Origin: Massilibacteroides sp.
GTDB taxonomy: Bacteria > Bacteroidota > Bacteroidia > Bacteroidales > Tannerellaceae
DNA: 64,000 nucleotides
Direction: 5' to 3'
Assembly (NCBI GenBank): GCA_028708075.1
Contig: JAQVZS010000011.1
Span: 6,199-70,198 of the forward strand
Shown in pieces: positions 19,627 through 27,589 of the stretch. The notes under the pieces are model-generated. The model did no database searches. It saw nothing but the letters and a program-made list of their open reading frames with translations, and was not told the DNA's origin. Made by a program: the position numbers and the translations under genes. Numbering within the stretch: the stretch's first letter is position 1; each line of letters begins with the position of its first letter.

Positions 19627-20508
19627 TTAGCTCTGCCCTTCTGTCCGAACGTTTTTATTGACTTTTTTAATCAATCCCTGTAAAACGGCGCCCGGCCCGA
19701 GTTCGATGAAATGATCGGCTCCGTCGGCAATCATGTTTTCTACCGTTTGGGTCCAGCGAACCGGTGCAGTCAACTGTGCCACAAGGTTTGCCTTGATCGC
19801 TTCCGGATCGGTTTCCGCTTTCGCATTGACATTTTGGTAAACCGGACATACCGGGGCGTTGATCGTCGTGTTTTTAATTGCTTCGGCCAATTCTGCTCGG
19901 GCTGGTTCCATTAACGGAGAATGGAATGCTCCGCCTACTTTTAATTTTAATGCCCGTTTGGCTCCGGCAGCCAACAGTTTTTCGCAAGCGGTGTCTATCC
20001 CCGCATTGGTTCCGGAAATCACGATTTGTCCTGGACAATTGTAGTTTGCTGGTACGACAACTTCTCCTTCTATGGATGCACAAATCTCCTCAACTTTTTC
20101 GTCCGGAAGCGCTAATACTGCTGCCATGGTAGAAGGAGCTGCTTCGCAAGCTTTTTGCATGGCAAGCGCGCGTTTGTACACTAAAGAAAGCCCGTCTTCG
20201 AAAGACAGAGCTCCGGCTGCTGTTAAGGCTGAAAATTCTCCTAAGGAATGACCGGCAACCATGTTCGGATTAAAATCTTCCCCTAATGTCTTTGCCAATA
20301 TCACAGAATGAAGAAAAATGGCGGGTTGTGTCACTTTTGTTTGTTTCAGATCGTCGTCTGTACCTTCAAACATAAGGTCCGTAATACGGAATCCCAAAAC
20401 TTTATTTGCTTTTTCGAACAACTCTTTTGCAAGGGGATTGTTATCGTAAAGATCTTTGCCCATCCCAACGAATTGGGCTCCCTGACCGGGAAATACATAA
20501 GCTTTCAT
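19627..20508 (-). CDS. fabD: ACP S-malonyltransferase
   Basis: 293 aa with FPGQGAQ and the active-site motif GHSLGEFSA. Confidence 0.95.
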   Translation of the reverse strand: MKAYVFPGQGAQFVGMGKDLYDNNPLAKELFEKANKVLGFRITDLMFEGTDDDLKQTKVTQPAIFLHSVILAKTLGEDFNPNMVAGHSLGEFSALTAAGALSFEDGLSLVYKRALAMQKACEAAPSTMAAVLALPDEKVEEICASIEGEVVVPANYNCPGQIVISGTNAGIDTACEKLLAAGAKRALKLKVGGAFHSPLMEPARAELAEAIKNTTINAPVCPVYQNVNAKAETDPEAIKANLVAQLTAPVRWTQTVENMIADGADHFIELGPGAVLQGLIKKVNKNVRTEGQS

Positions 20509-20548
20509 ATTTCTAATTCTTTTCTAATTTCAGATTTTTAAGACGCCG

Positions 20549-20556
20549 CAAAGGTA
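20549..20556 (-). promoter_or_regulatory. Putative -7 promoter box (TACCTTTG) for fabD
   Basis: TAnnTTTG match on the minus strand, 40 bp upstream of the ATG at 20508. Confidence 0.4.
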
Positions 20557-20596
20557 ATAATTTTGGAATAGATTGGGCGTAAATCATTACAAATAG

Positions 20597-20604
20597 TATC
20601 TTTG
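20597..20604 (+). promoter_or_regulatory. Putative -7 promoter box (TATCTTTG) for tatA-tatC
   Basis: TAnnTTTG match 74 bp upstream of the ATG at 20679. Confidence 0.4.
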
Positions 20605-20678
20605 CCTTTGTCTGAAGCCCTTTTTTGAGGCGGTGATTGTATTTACGGATTATTAATAACATTAAATAAATCATTATC

Positions 20679-20876
20679 ATGAACGAATTATTATTTATCG
20701 GAAACCTGGGGACAGGTGAAATTATCATTATCGCAATTATTGTTCTTTTGCTTTTCGGTGGTAAAAAGATTCCCGAATTGATGAAAGGTATCGGTAAAGG
20801 AGTGAGGAACTTTAAAGATGGTGTGAAAGGTCTGGAAGACGATATTAAAATAGACGACGATACAGATAAGAAATAA
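20679..20876 (+). CDS. tatA: Twin-arginine translocase TatA/TatE family subunit
   Basis: 65 aa with a single TM helix followed by the amphipathic [21 protein letters not shown]. Confidence 0.9.
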   Translation: MNELLFIGNLGTGEIIIIAIIVLLLFGGKKIPELMKGIGKGVRNFKDGVKGLEDDIKIDDDTDKK

Positions 20877-20882
20877 AACACG

Positions 20883-21707
20883 ATGCATCAAGATGAAATG
20901 TCATTCTGGGATCACCTGGAAGAACTTCGCTGGACACTTTTTCGTTCCATCTTAGCACTTTTCATTTTTGCAATTGCAGGATTTGCTTTCATGCCTTATC
21001 TTTTTGATAAGGTAGTACTGGCGCCGACCACATCAGATTTTATTACATTCAAAATGATGTGTAAAGTCAGTTCCATGACTGATATATTACCCGACTTTTG
21101 TAGCGATGGATATCATGTGAATATTATGAATATAAAACTGGCATCCCAGTTTTTCACACATATGACATCTTCGTTTTGGTTGGCTTTATTGTTGACTTTC
21201 CCTTATTTGATGTATGAAATCTGGAGATTTGTCAGCCCTGCGTTGTACGAAAATGAAAAGAAAAACATTCGTTGGGTTTTTTCTTTTGGTACGTTGATGT
21301 TCTTTTTAGGCTGTGCCGTAGGTTATTTTATGGTATTTCCCGTGACGCTGCGTTTCTTAGCGACTTATCAGTTAAGTGCGGCGATTGAAGAGCAGGTTTC
21401 CTTAGAGTCCTATATGGATAATTTTTATATGTTGATCTTCATCATGGGAATAGTGTTTGAGATGCCGTTGCTTTCCTGGTTATTATCGAAAATAGGATTG
21501 ATCAATCGTTCGTATTTTCATAAATATCGGCGTCATGCGATTGTATTCTTGTTGGTGGGTGCCGCTTTTATTACGCCGAGCAGCGATCCGTTTACACTAG
21601 GAATTGTCTTTTTTCCGTTATACGGACTTTATGAACTGAGTGCGTTCTTTGTTAAAAAAGCGCCCAAGGAAGATGAGGATGATGAATTGGAAGTAGCGAA
21701 TGATTAA
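20883..21707 (+). CDS. tatC: Twin-arginine translocase subunit TatC
   Basis: 274 aa with six TM segments. The N-terminus is SFWDHLEELRWTLFRS and ITPSSDPFT is present. Confidence 0.9.
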   Translation: MHQDEMSFWDHLEELRWTLFRSILALFIFAIAGFAFMPYLFDKVVLAPTTSDFITFKMMCKVSSMTDILPDFCSDGYHVNIMNIKLASQFFTHMTSSFWLALLLTFPYLMYEIWRFVSPALYENEKKNIRWVFSFGTLMFFLGCAVGYFMVFPVTLRFLATYQLSAAIEEQVSLESYMDNFYMLIFIMGIVFEMPLLSWLLSKIGLINRSYFHKYRRHAIVFLLVGAAFITPSSDPFTLGIVFFPLYGLYELSAFFVKKAPKEDEDDELEVAND

Positions 21708-21740
21708 GCTAAAAAGGTAGAGAATAAACAATTTAAGAGA

Positions 21741-21772
21741 CCTGATGAATATTTTTTTCATCGGGTTTTTTT
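21741..21772 (+). terminator. Intrinsic terminator after tatC
   Basis: Stem CCTGATGAA / TTCATCGGG (one G-U pair) followed by a T7 run. Confidence 0.7.
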
Positions 21773-21785
21773 CTTTTTCTTCCTG

Positions 21786-21877
21786 ACGAATTATTATTTC
21801 ACAGTTGTCAAAAAAAAATTTCTACAATTGTGGAAATTTTTTTTGACAATTATAGTAAAGCTTTTTGACAATTGTAG
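21786..21877. repeat. Copy 1 of a ~92-bp element: four palindromic ACARTTGT boxes phased 22-23 bp apart
   Basis: Core boxes lie at 21801-08, 21824-31, 21846-53 and 21868-75, each flanked by T-run/A-run arms. The 15-mer ACGAATTATTATTTC (21786-21800) is identical to the reverse complement of 48370-48384. Confidence 0.8.
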
Positions 21878-21956
21878 AAAAAGTATTTCCTCGAAGTCTT
21901 TTAATTAATTCAACGCGAGAAAATAAAAACTTGTTCGTAGTCTTTTGGAAAATCAC

Positions 21957-21964
21957 TACTTTTG
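21957..21964 (+). promoter_or_regulatory. Putative -7 promoter box (TACTTTTG) for radA
   Basis: TAnnTTTG match 52 bp upstream of the ATG at 22017. Confidence 0.4.
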
Positions 21965-22016
21965 TTTGATAAAGTCCGAAAGAGTTGCGGGCGGAAGAGA
22001 ATTGTAAAAGGTAAGG

Positions 22017-23393
22017 ATGACAAAAACGAAAACAATCTATGTCTGTACGAATTGTGGTGCGGATTCGCCCAAATGGATAGGGAAATGCCCTTCTTGTGGT
22101 GAATGGAATACGTACGTGGAAGAAGTTTCGGTAAAAGAATCTTCCGTACAGCATCGGATTATACCCGGCCTGCCGGATGACCGGGGAAAAAATAGACCCG
22201 TGCTGTTAAGAGACATCACGTCGCAGGAGGAAGTTCGTTTGGATCTTTTGGATGGAGAGTTGAACCGGGTGTTGGGTGGAGGATTGGTGAAAGGTTCGCT
22301 GGTTTTGATTGGCGGCGATCCGGGAATCGGTAAATCTACGTTGGTTTTGCAGACCGTACTTCGCCTGAAAAGTATTAAAACGCTTTATGTTTCGGGCGAG
22401 GAGAGTAGCCGTCAATTGAAACTTCGCGCCGACCGGATGGCTTATGAAAATCCTGATTGTTTTATTTTTTGTGAAACTAATCTGGAACAAATATTCGTTC
22501 AGGCACAAAACATACAACCCGATCTGTTGATTGTCGACTCGATTCAGACGATTTTTACCGAAATAATCGAATCTTCGCCGGGCAGTGTTTCGCAGGTAAG
22601 GGAATGTAGTGCCGCCATTTTAAAATATGCGAAAGAAAGCGGAGTCCCGGTTTTATTAATCGGACATATCAACAAAGAAGGGAGTATTGCTGGGCCGAAG
22701 GTGTTGGAACATATTGTCGATACTGTTCTTCAGTTTGAAGGAGATCAGCATTATATGTATCGTATTCTGAGGAGCATTAAGAATCGTTTTGGCAGTACGG
22801 CTGAATTGGGCATTTATGAAATGAGACAGAACGGATTGCGCGAAGTAAGTAACCCTTCCGAATTGCTGTTGACGCAAAATCACGAAGGGTTGAGCGGTGT
22901 GGCGATTGCTGCCGCGATAGAAGGTATACGCCCTTTTTTATTGGAGACGCAGGCGTTGGTCAGTTCGGCAGTTTATGGAAATCCGCAACGTAGCGCTACT
23001 GGTTTTGATTTGAGGCGAATGAACATGCTGCTTGCCGTCTTAGAAAAGCGGGCAGGGTTTAAGTTAGCGCAAAAAGATGTTTTCCTGAACATTGCCGGAG
23101 GCTTGAAAGTGAACGATCCGGCTATCGATTTGGCGGTGATCAGCGCTGTTTTGTCGTCCAGTCTGGATATTAGTATCGAACCGGGAATTTGTATGACGGG
23201 TGAGGTCGGTCTTTCCGGTGAAATTCGTCCGGTAAACCGCATCGAACAGCGTATTTTAGAGGCGGAAAAACTTGGTTTTTCGTCCATCCTCATTCCGTAT
23301 AATAATTTGAAAGGATTTGACACGGGGGGAAGCAAAATCCGGATTATACAGGTGAAAAAAGTTGAAGAAGCTTTCAGACAATTATTCGGTTGA
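22017..23393 (+). CDS. radA: DNA repair protein RadA
   Basis: 458 aa with the zinc finger CTNCGADSPKWIGKCPSCGEWN, Walker A GGDPGIGKST, KNRFG and a Lon-like C-domain. Confidence 0.95.
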   Translation: MTKTKTIYVCTNCGADSPKWIGKCPSCGEWNTYVEEVSVKESSVQHRIIPGLPDDRGKNRPVLLRDITSQEEVRLDLLDGELNRVLGGGLVKGSLVLIGGDPGIGKSTLVLQTVLRLKSIKTLYVSGEESSRQLKLRADRMAYENPDCFIFCETNLEQIFVQAQNIQPDLLIVDSIQTIFTEIIESSPGSVSQVRECSAAILKYAKESGVPVLLIGHINKEGSIAGPKVLEHIVDTVLQFEGDQHYMYRILRSIKNRFGSTAELGIYEMRQNGLREVSNPSELLLTQNHEGLSGVAIAAAIEGIRPFLLETQALVSSAVYGNPQRSATGFDLRRMNMLLAVLEKRAGFKLAQKDVFLNIAGGLKVNDPAIDLAVISAVLSSSLDISIEPGICMTGEVGLSGEIRPVNRIEQRILEAEKLGFSSILIPYNNLKGFDTGGSKIRIIQVKKVEEAFRQLFG

Positions 23394-23427
23394 TTTGTTT
23401 TATACATAAACAATCGCAAAAAAATAT

Positions 23428-24987
23428 ATGATAAAAGAATTACAACTTCGCATCTTGCCGCAAGAAGCGGCTAATGAAGATACACTGAAAGTCGTCGCTG
23501 CCCGTGAAACCGGAGCTGCCGTTAATGCTATCCAACGCATAAATGTTTTGAAACGTTCCATCGACGCGAGGCAGCGTGTCATCTATGTGAATGTGAAGTT
23601 GCGCGTGTTTATCGACGAACAGCCATCTGAACCGCTTTTTCAACCTTTTGAGTATCAAGATGTATCACAGGAGGAATCTGTAATAGTCGTCGGAGCTGGT
23701 CCTGGAGGTTTATTTGCCGCTTTGCGTTTGATTGAACTGGGCTTGCGTCCGGTTGTTTTAGAAAGAGGGAAAAACGTTCGAGAACGGCGGAAAGATGTGT
23801 CTATTATTGCCAAAGAACATGGTGTAGACAGCGAATCAAATTATTGTTTCGGCGAAGGAGGTGCTGGTGCTTATTCGGACGGGAAGTTGTATACACGGAG
23901 TAAAAAACGGGGATCTGTCGACAAAATTTTGCACGTTTTTTGCCAGCATGGCGCTAATCCCACGATTCTGGCAGATGCCCATCCGCATATCGGAACGGAC
24001 AAGTTGCCGGGTGTGATCGAAAAAATACGAAATAGAATTCTGGATTGTGGTGGTGAAGTCCATTTTCAGACACGAATGGATAACTTGATTTTTTCGAATG
24101 GACACGTTGTGGGTGTCCGGACGAATACAGGAGAAGAATTTATGGGGCCGGTTATTTTGGCTACCGGACATTCGGCGCGTGATGTTTATACTTATTTATA
24201 CAATCAAAAGATACAAATTGAAGCCAAAGGCTTAGCGATGGGGGTGCGACTTGAGCATCCACAGTTGTTGATCGACCAGATTCAGTATCATAATCAGGCT
24301 GGGCGGGGCGACTATTTACCCGCTGCGGAATATGCGGTGGTAACGCAGGTAAAGGGCAGGGGTGTTTATTCGTTTTGTATGTGTCCGGGCGGTTTTGTCG
24401 TTCCGGCGGCGAGCGGATCGGAACAATTGGTTGTAAACGGGATGTCACCTTCCAATCGCGGTTCGAAATGGGCAAATGCCGGGATGGTTGTCGAAATACA
24501 TCCCGAAGATTTCCCCCAATATGCGTGTTATCGCGAATTGGTGTTGATGAAATTGCAGGAAGATTTAGAAAAAAAATGTTGGGAAGAGGCTAACCGGACG
24601 CAGACAGCGCCGGCCCAACGTATGACGGATTTTGTCGAAGCCCGTTTGTCGTGTGACCTTCCAGCTTCCTCATATAGTCCCGGCTTACAGTGTTCGGAAT
24701 TAAACCGTTGGATGCCGGATTTTATTATGTCCCGTTTACGGGAAGGATTTCGCTTTTTTGGGAAAAATACAAAAGGTTTTTTGACAAATGAAGCTGTGAT
24801 GATTGGAGTAGAAACCCGAACGTCCTCTCCGGTGCGTATCGTTCGCAACAGGGAAACGTGCGAACATGTGTCGTTTAAAGGATTATTCCCTTGTGGTGAA
24901 GGTGCCGGATATGCAGGAGGAATCGTGTCGGCGGCCATCGACGGCGAACGTTGCGCGGAGGGAGCAGCAGCTTATCTCAACGCCTAA
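23428..24987 (+). CDS. FAD-dependent oxidoreductase (COG2509-like, function unknown)
   Basis: 519 aa with the dinucleotide-binding motif VVGAGPGGLFAAL and CGEGAGYAGGIVSAA near the C-terminus. Confidence 0.8.
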   Translation: MIKELQLRILPQEAANEDTLKVVAARETGAAVNAIQRINVLKRSIDARQRVIYVNVKLRVFIDEQPSEPLFQPFEYQDVSQEESVIVVGAGPGGLFAALRLIELGLRPVVLERGKNVRERRKDVSIIAKEHGVDSESNYCFGEGGAGAYSDGKLYTRSKKRGSVDKILHVFCQHGANPTILADAHPHIGTDKLPGVIEKIRNRILDCGGEVHFQTRMDNLIFSNGHVVGVRTNTGEEFMGPVILATGHSARDVYTYLYNQKIQIEAKGLAMGVRLEHPQLLIDQIQYHNQAGRGDYLPAAEYAVVTQVKGRGVYSFCMCPGGFVVPAASGSEQLVVNGMSPSNRGSKWANAGMVVEIHPEDFPQYACYRELVLMKLQEDLEKKCWEEANRTQTAPAQRMTDFVEARLSCDLPASSYSPGLQCSELNRWMPDFIMSRLREGFRFFGKNTKGFLTNEAVMIGVETRTSSPVRIVRNRETCEHVSFKGLFPCGEGAGYAGGIVSAAIDGERCAEGAAAYLNA

Positions 24988-25015
24988 AATCGAAAACGTT
25001 TTTTTGTATTTCAAT

Positions 25016-25771
25016 TTAGATCAGAGGAGGATTGAGGAGAAGGAGTCCTACTATTATCGCAGTTGTGAAACTTGCTAATGTGCCGATTAGAACATATTCA
25101 GTTGTTTTTATCTCTTTCGCTTTACTTAATTCGCCAAAGCGGAAAATGGATTTGGCTGCTAATAAAAAACCGATTCCTTCTAAATGATTCGTTAAGATAA
25201 ATGTTAAAATTAAGGTGCGTTCCAAATAGCCAATCCATTTACCGGCATTCGGCAGACTTTGATCTAACATGTCGGTGGGGGTCCATCTTTTAAAAAAGAG
25301 ATTGAGAATTATTGATGTTGGTTTTAAAATGATAATATAAGCGATGAGCGTGCTAAAGAGACGGGTTGACATCCAGCTTTTTTCAATCCAAGCGTAGATG
25401 TTAATACTTTGTCCGAAAGCAAAAATCCAGATAAGAAATAAAACGCTAATATGTGCGATCTGGTCTATAAGAAATAAATATATATTTTCTTTTTTTTGTC
25501 GTGATTTTATGTAATCGATGACAAAATGGCTGAGAAAGATCAGTAACGGAACGATCCAATTTTCCCATTGAGCAATGAATAGATAGGATGCTGCGGCGTG
25601 TATAAAGGCATGTAAAAAAAGAAAACCTAATTGACTTGAAGTTGATATTTTTGTAATTCCATCTTTTTTATAGCCTTTTTTCGCGTTGTTGATAAGGTTG
25701 GGTTGTAATATGAAATCGGAGAGAATATGTGCGATAAGTAATCGTAATAAAATGATGAGATTCATTTCCAT
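25016..25771 (-). CDS. DUF3307-like polytopic membrane protein, His/Asp-rich
   Basis: 251 aa with multiple TM helices carrying AHILSDF, LHAFIHAAA, SHFVIDY and DQIAHIS. It starts 5 bp downstream of the SatD-like gene. The family name is from memory. Confidence 0.7.
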   Translation of the reverse strand: MEMNLIILLRLLIAHILSDFILQPNLINNAKKGYKKDGITKISTSSQLGFLFLHAFIHAAASYLFIAQWENWIVPLLIFLSHFVIDYIKSRQKKENIYLFLIDQIAHISVLFLIWIFAFGQSINIYAWIEKSWMSTRLFSTLIAYIIILKPTSIILNLFFKRWTPTDMLDQSLPNAGKWIGYLERTLILTFILTNHLEGIGFLLAAKSIFRFGELSKAKEIKTTEYVLIGTLASFTTAIIVGLLLLNPPLI

Positions 25772-25776
25772 AGTTG

Positions 25777-26418
25777 TTATTCCCTTTTTGTGATTATTTG
25801 TGTATAACGTTCCAAATATAAACGAATGAGAGGTTCTTTTCCCGTGCTTAGTAATTTACTGATATTTTGAGCTGATTTATTTAGTTTTGCCGCAATCTCT
25901 TTTTGAGACATTTGCCAATGTAAAATAGACCAATAAATTGCTTGTGCTTGAGGAATACTCCAGCCTGAAATGATTTCATCGGCAAATCCAGTATTTACTT
26001 TTAGCTCTTCATTAGTGTCTTTCCAAGGCGTACGTATGGCTAATTTTTTTTTGCCGAGTTCATCAAATTCCCATCCTGAATATCGAAAAGCTTCTCCATC
26101 AGAAATAACTACTTTGTCGGGTGCATAATCTATTTTTCCAACCCCAAGAGCCATACGGGCATCCCATTGATATTCGCTTTCATTTGGGGTATTACTTTTT
26201 AACCCGGCTCTCAATAATACAGCGATTTTGAGGGCTTCAGCTGGATTATCTACAACGATTTGAAAGCTGTCTCCTCTAAAGAATTCTAATTTTAGAGGAC
26301 TGAGAGCTTTCAGATCTTGTGCTGAATTTTGAATGGTGTCTAATATTATTTGTTTCCATTCTGTTCTAATCGTTGTAGAACTTATAATGTCACCTGTAAT
26401 TACGCCTGCTATTCCCAT
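25777..26418 (-). CDS. SatD-like putative regulator: nucleotidyl-cyclase-like N-domain fused to a C-terminal HTH
   Basis: 213 aa. N-domain motifs are ITGDIISST, FRGDSFQIVV, ARMALGVG and DGEAFRYSG. The C-terminal HTH is SQKEIAAKLNKSAQNISKLL. Confidence 0.65.
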   Translation of the reverse strand: MGIAGVITGDIISSTTIRTEWKQIILDTIQNSAQDLKALSPLKLEFFRGDSFQIVVDNPAEALKIAVLLRAGLKSNTPNESEYQWDARMALGVGKIDYAPDKVVISDGEAFRYSGWEFDELGKKKLAIRTPWKDTNEELKVNTGFADEIISGWSIPQAQAIYWSILHWQMSQKEIAAKLNKSAQNISKLLSTGKEPLIRLYLERYTQIITKRE

Positions 26419-26447
26419 ATCTGATTAGTAATAAAATAGTGAGAAAA

Positions 26448-26455
26448 CAAAAGTA
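26448..26455 (-). promoter_or_regulatory. Putative -7 promoter box (TACTTTTG) for the SatD-like/DUF3307 operon
   Basis: TAnnTTTG match on the minus strand, 29 bp upstream of the ATG at 26418. Confidence 0.4.
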
Positions 26456-26468
26456 TATAATATTTATC

Positions 26469-26546
26469 AATCAACCAATATTAGTTGATTATTCTAAATC
26501 AACTGTTTTGGGTTGATTTTCGGGAAACAACTAATATTAGTTGTTT
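26469..26546. promoter_or_regulatory. Three CAAC-N8-GTTG inverted repeats at exact 28-bp spacing (candidate operators)
   Basis: AATCAACCAATATTAGTTGATT (26469-90, one mismatched pair), AAATCAAC-N8-GTTGATTT (26496-519), and the perfect 22-bp palindrome AAACAACTAATATTAGTTGTTT (26525-46). Dyad centres are at 26479.5, 26507.5 and 26535.5. Confidence 0.55.
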
Positions 26547-26557
26547 TTAATTTTATT

Positions 26558-27583
26558 TCAACGCATAAAATCGGAAACGATTTTGTGTATCCCTTCTGCC
26601 CAGCTATCGTCTGCATTCAGACTTTCTACCAGCGTTAGCTGTTCGCCGCCATGGGCGATAAAAAGCTGTTTGTATTCGATTCCTATTTCGACAATGGTTT
26701 CCAGACAGTCGGCCACAAAAGCCGGCGCAACAACTAAAACATGTTTATGCCCCTTCTGTGCCAGCTCGATTAACGTTTGATCGGTAAACGGGCTGAGCCA
26801 GTTTTTTGACAGGCGGGACTGAAAAGAGATTCCGTAACATTCAGGTGTGAGTGACAGTCGTTCTGCAAGCAATCTGGCCGTATGATAGCATGCCGCGCGG
26901 TAACAAAATTCTCCATGCCCCGGGATGTCTGTTTCGCAAAGGCAGTTGTCTATTGTTTTTTCGGCATGTGCTCTTGCGATGTGGCTGTTGGGCAAACCAT
27001 GAAAAGAAAATAAGATAAAATCGTATGTTTCCGGTTTATAAGAAAGGATACGGGCGTTGAACGTGTCTAAAAAACCCGGATGATTGTAAAATGAAGAAAT
27101 AAATTGGACTTCCGGTTTGACTATCCATTTCCGGATGAGACGGTTAACTTCGTCTATTGTAGAAATAGTCGTCGAAGCTGCAAATTGAGGATAAAGCGGT
27201 AGAACAAGTAGACGTTCGAATCCATCGTCGCGGATTTCCGCCAATGCCGATTGTAGGGATGGATGTTGATAACGCATAGCCGCAAAGACGGTGATGCCTG
27301 GTTGGAGTTTTTTTTGTAGTTTTTCTTTTAACTGTGCGGTATATACCGCTAACGGCGAACCTTCGGGTGTCCATAACTGGCGATAAAGCCGGGTAGAGTT
27401 TTTCAGCCGAAATGGAATAATGAATAGATTTACCAGCAGTATGCGGAATAACCAGGGAAGCGTAATGACCTGTTTGTCGTTTAAGAATTGGACTAAATAA
27501 CGACCGACGGAGTTTAAAGTCGGAGTATCCGGCGTACCCAGATTGACTAATAGTAAAGCCGTTCGTTTTTGTTTTAGGTTCAT
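26558..27583 (-). CDS. hemH: Ferrochelatase
   Basis: 341 aa with LLVNLGTPD, PLYPQFAASTT and FSFHGLP. Confidence 0.9.
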   Translation of the reverse strand: MNLKQKRTALLLVNLGTPDTPTLNSVGRYLVQFLNDKQVITLPWLFRILLVNLFIIPFRLKNSTRLYRQLWTPEGSPLAVYTAQLKEKLQKKLQPGITVFAAMRYQHPSLQSALAEIRDDGFERLLVLPLYPQFAASTTISTIDEVNRLIRKWIVKPEVQFISSFYNHPGFLDTFNARILSYKPETYDFILFSFHGLPNSHIARAHAEKTIDNCLCETDIPGHGEFCYRAACYHTARLLAERLSLTPECYGISFQSRLSKNWLSPFTDQTLIELAQKGHKHVLVVAPAFVADCLETIVEIGIEYKQLFIAHGGEQLTLVESLNADDSWAEGIHKIVSDFMR

Positions 27584-27589
27584 GCTTTA

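Noticed and set aside
21786-21877. Regularly spaced repeats raised the possibility of a CRISPR array or a mobile-element end.
   Set aside because: The period is only 22 bp, with no unique spacers of CRISPR length and no cas genes. No transposase, integrase or target-site duplication is visible around either copy.
21822-22154. A 110-aa minus-strand ORF upstream of radA and a 67-aa minus-strand ORF at 48139-48342 both run through the repeat arrays. They share similar peptides (…YNCQKKFPQL / …LYDNCSTKQ).
   Set aside because: The similarity is a by-product of translating the repeated palindromic DNA boxes. The composition is low-complexity and AT-driven, one ORF overlaps the AraC gene 3' end, and there is no promoter or start context. 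I treat these as non-coding.
26525-26546. The perfect 22-bp palindrome AAACAACTAATATTAGTTGTTT could simply be the hemH intrinsic terminator.
   Set aside because: The stem is AT-rich and, on the hemH (minus) strand, is followed by CCCG rather than a T-run. It shares half-sites and exact 28-bp phasing with two further repeats, which fits operators better. A dual role is not excluded.
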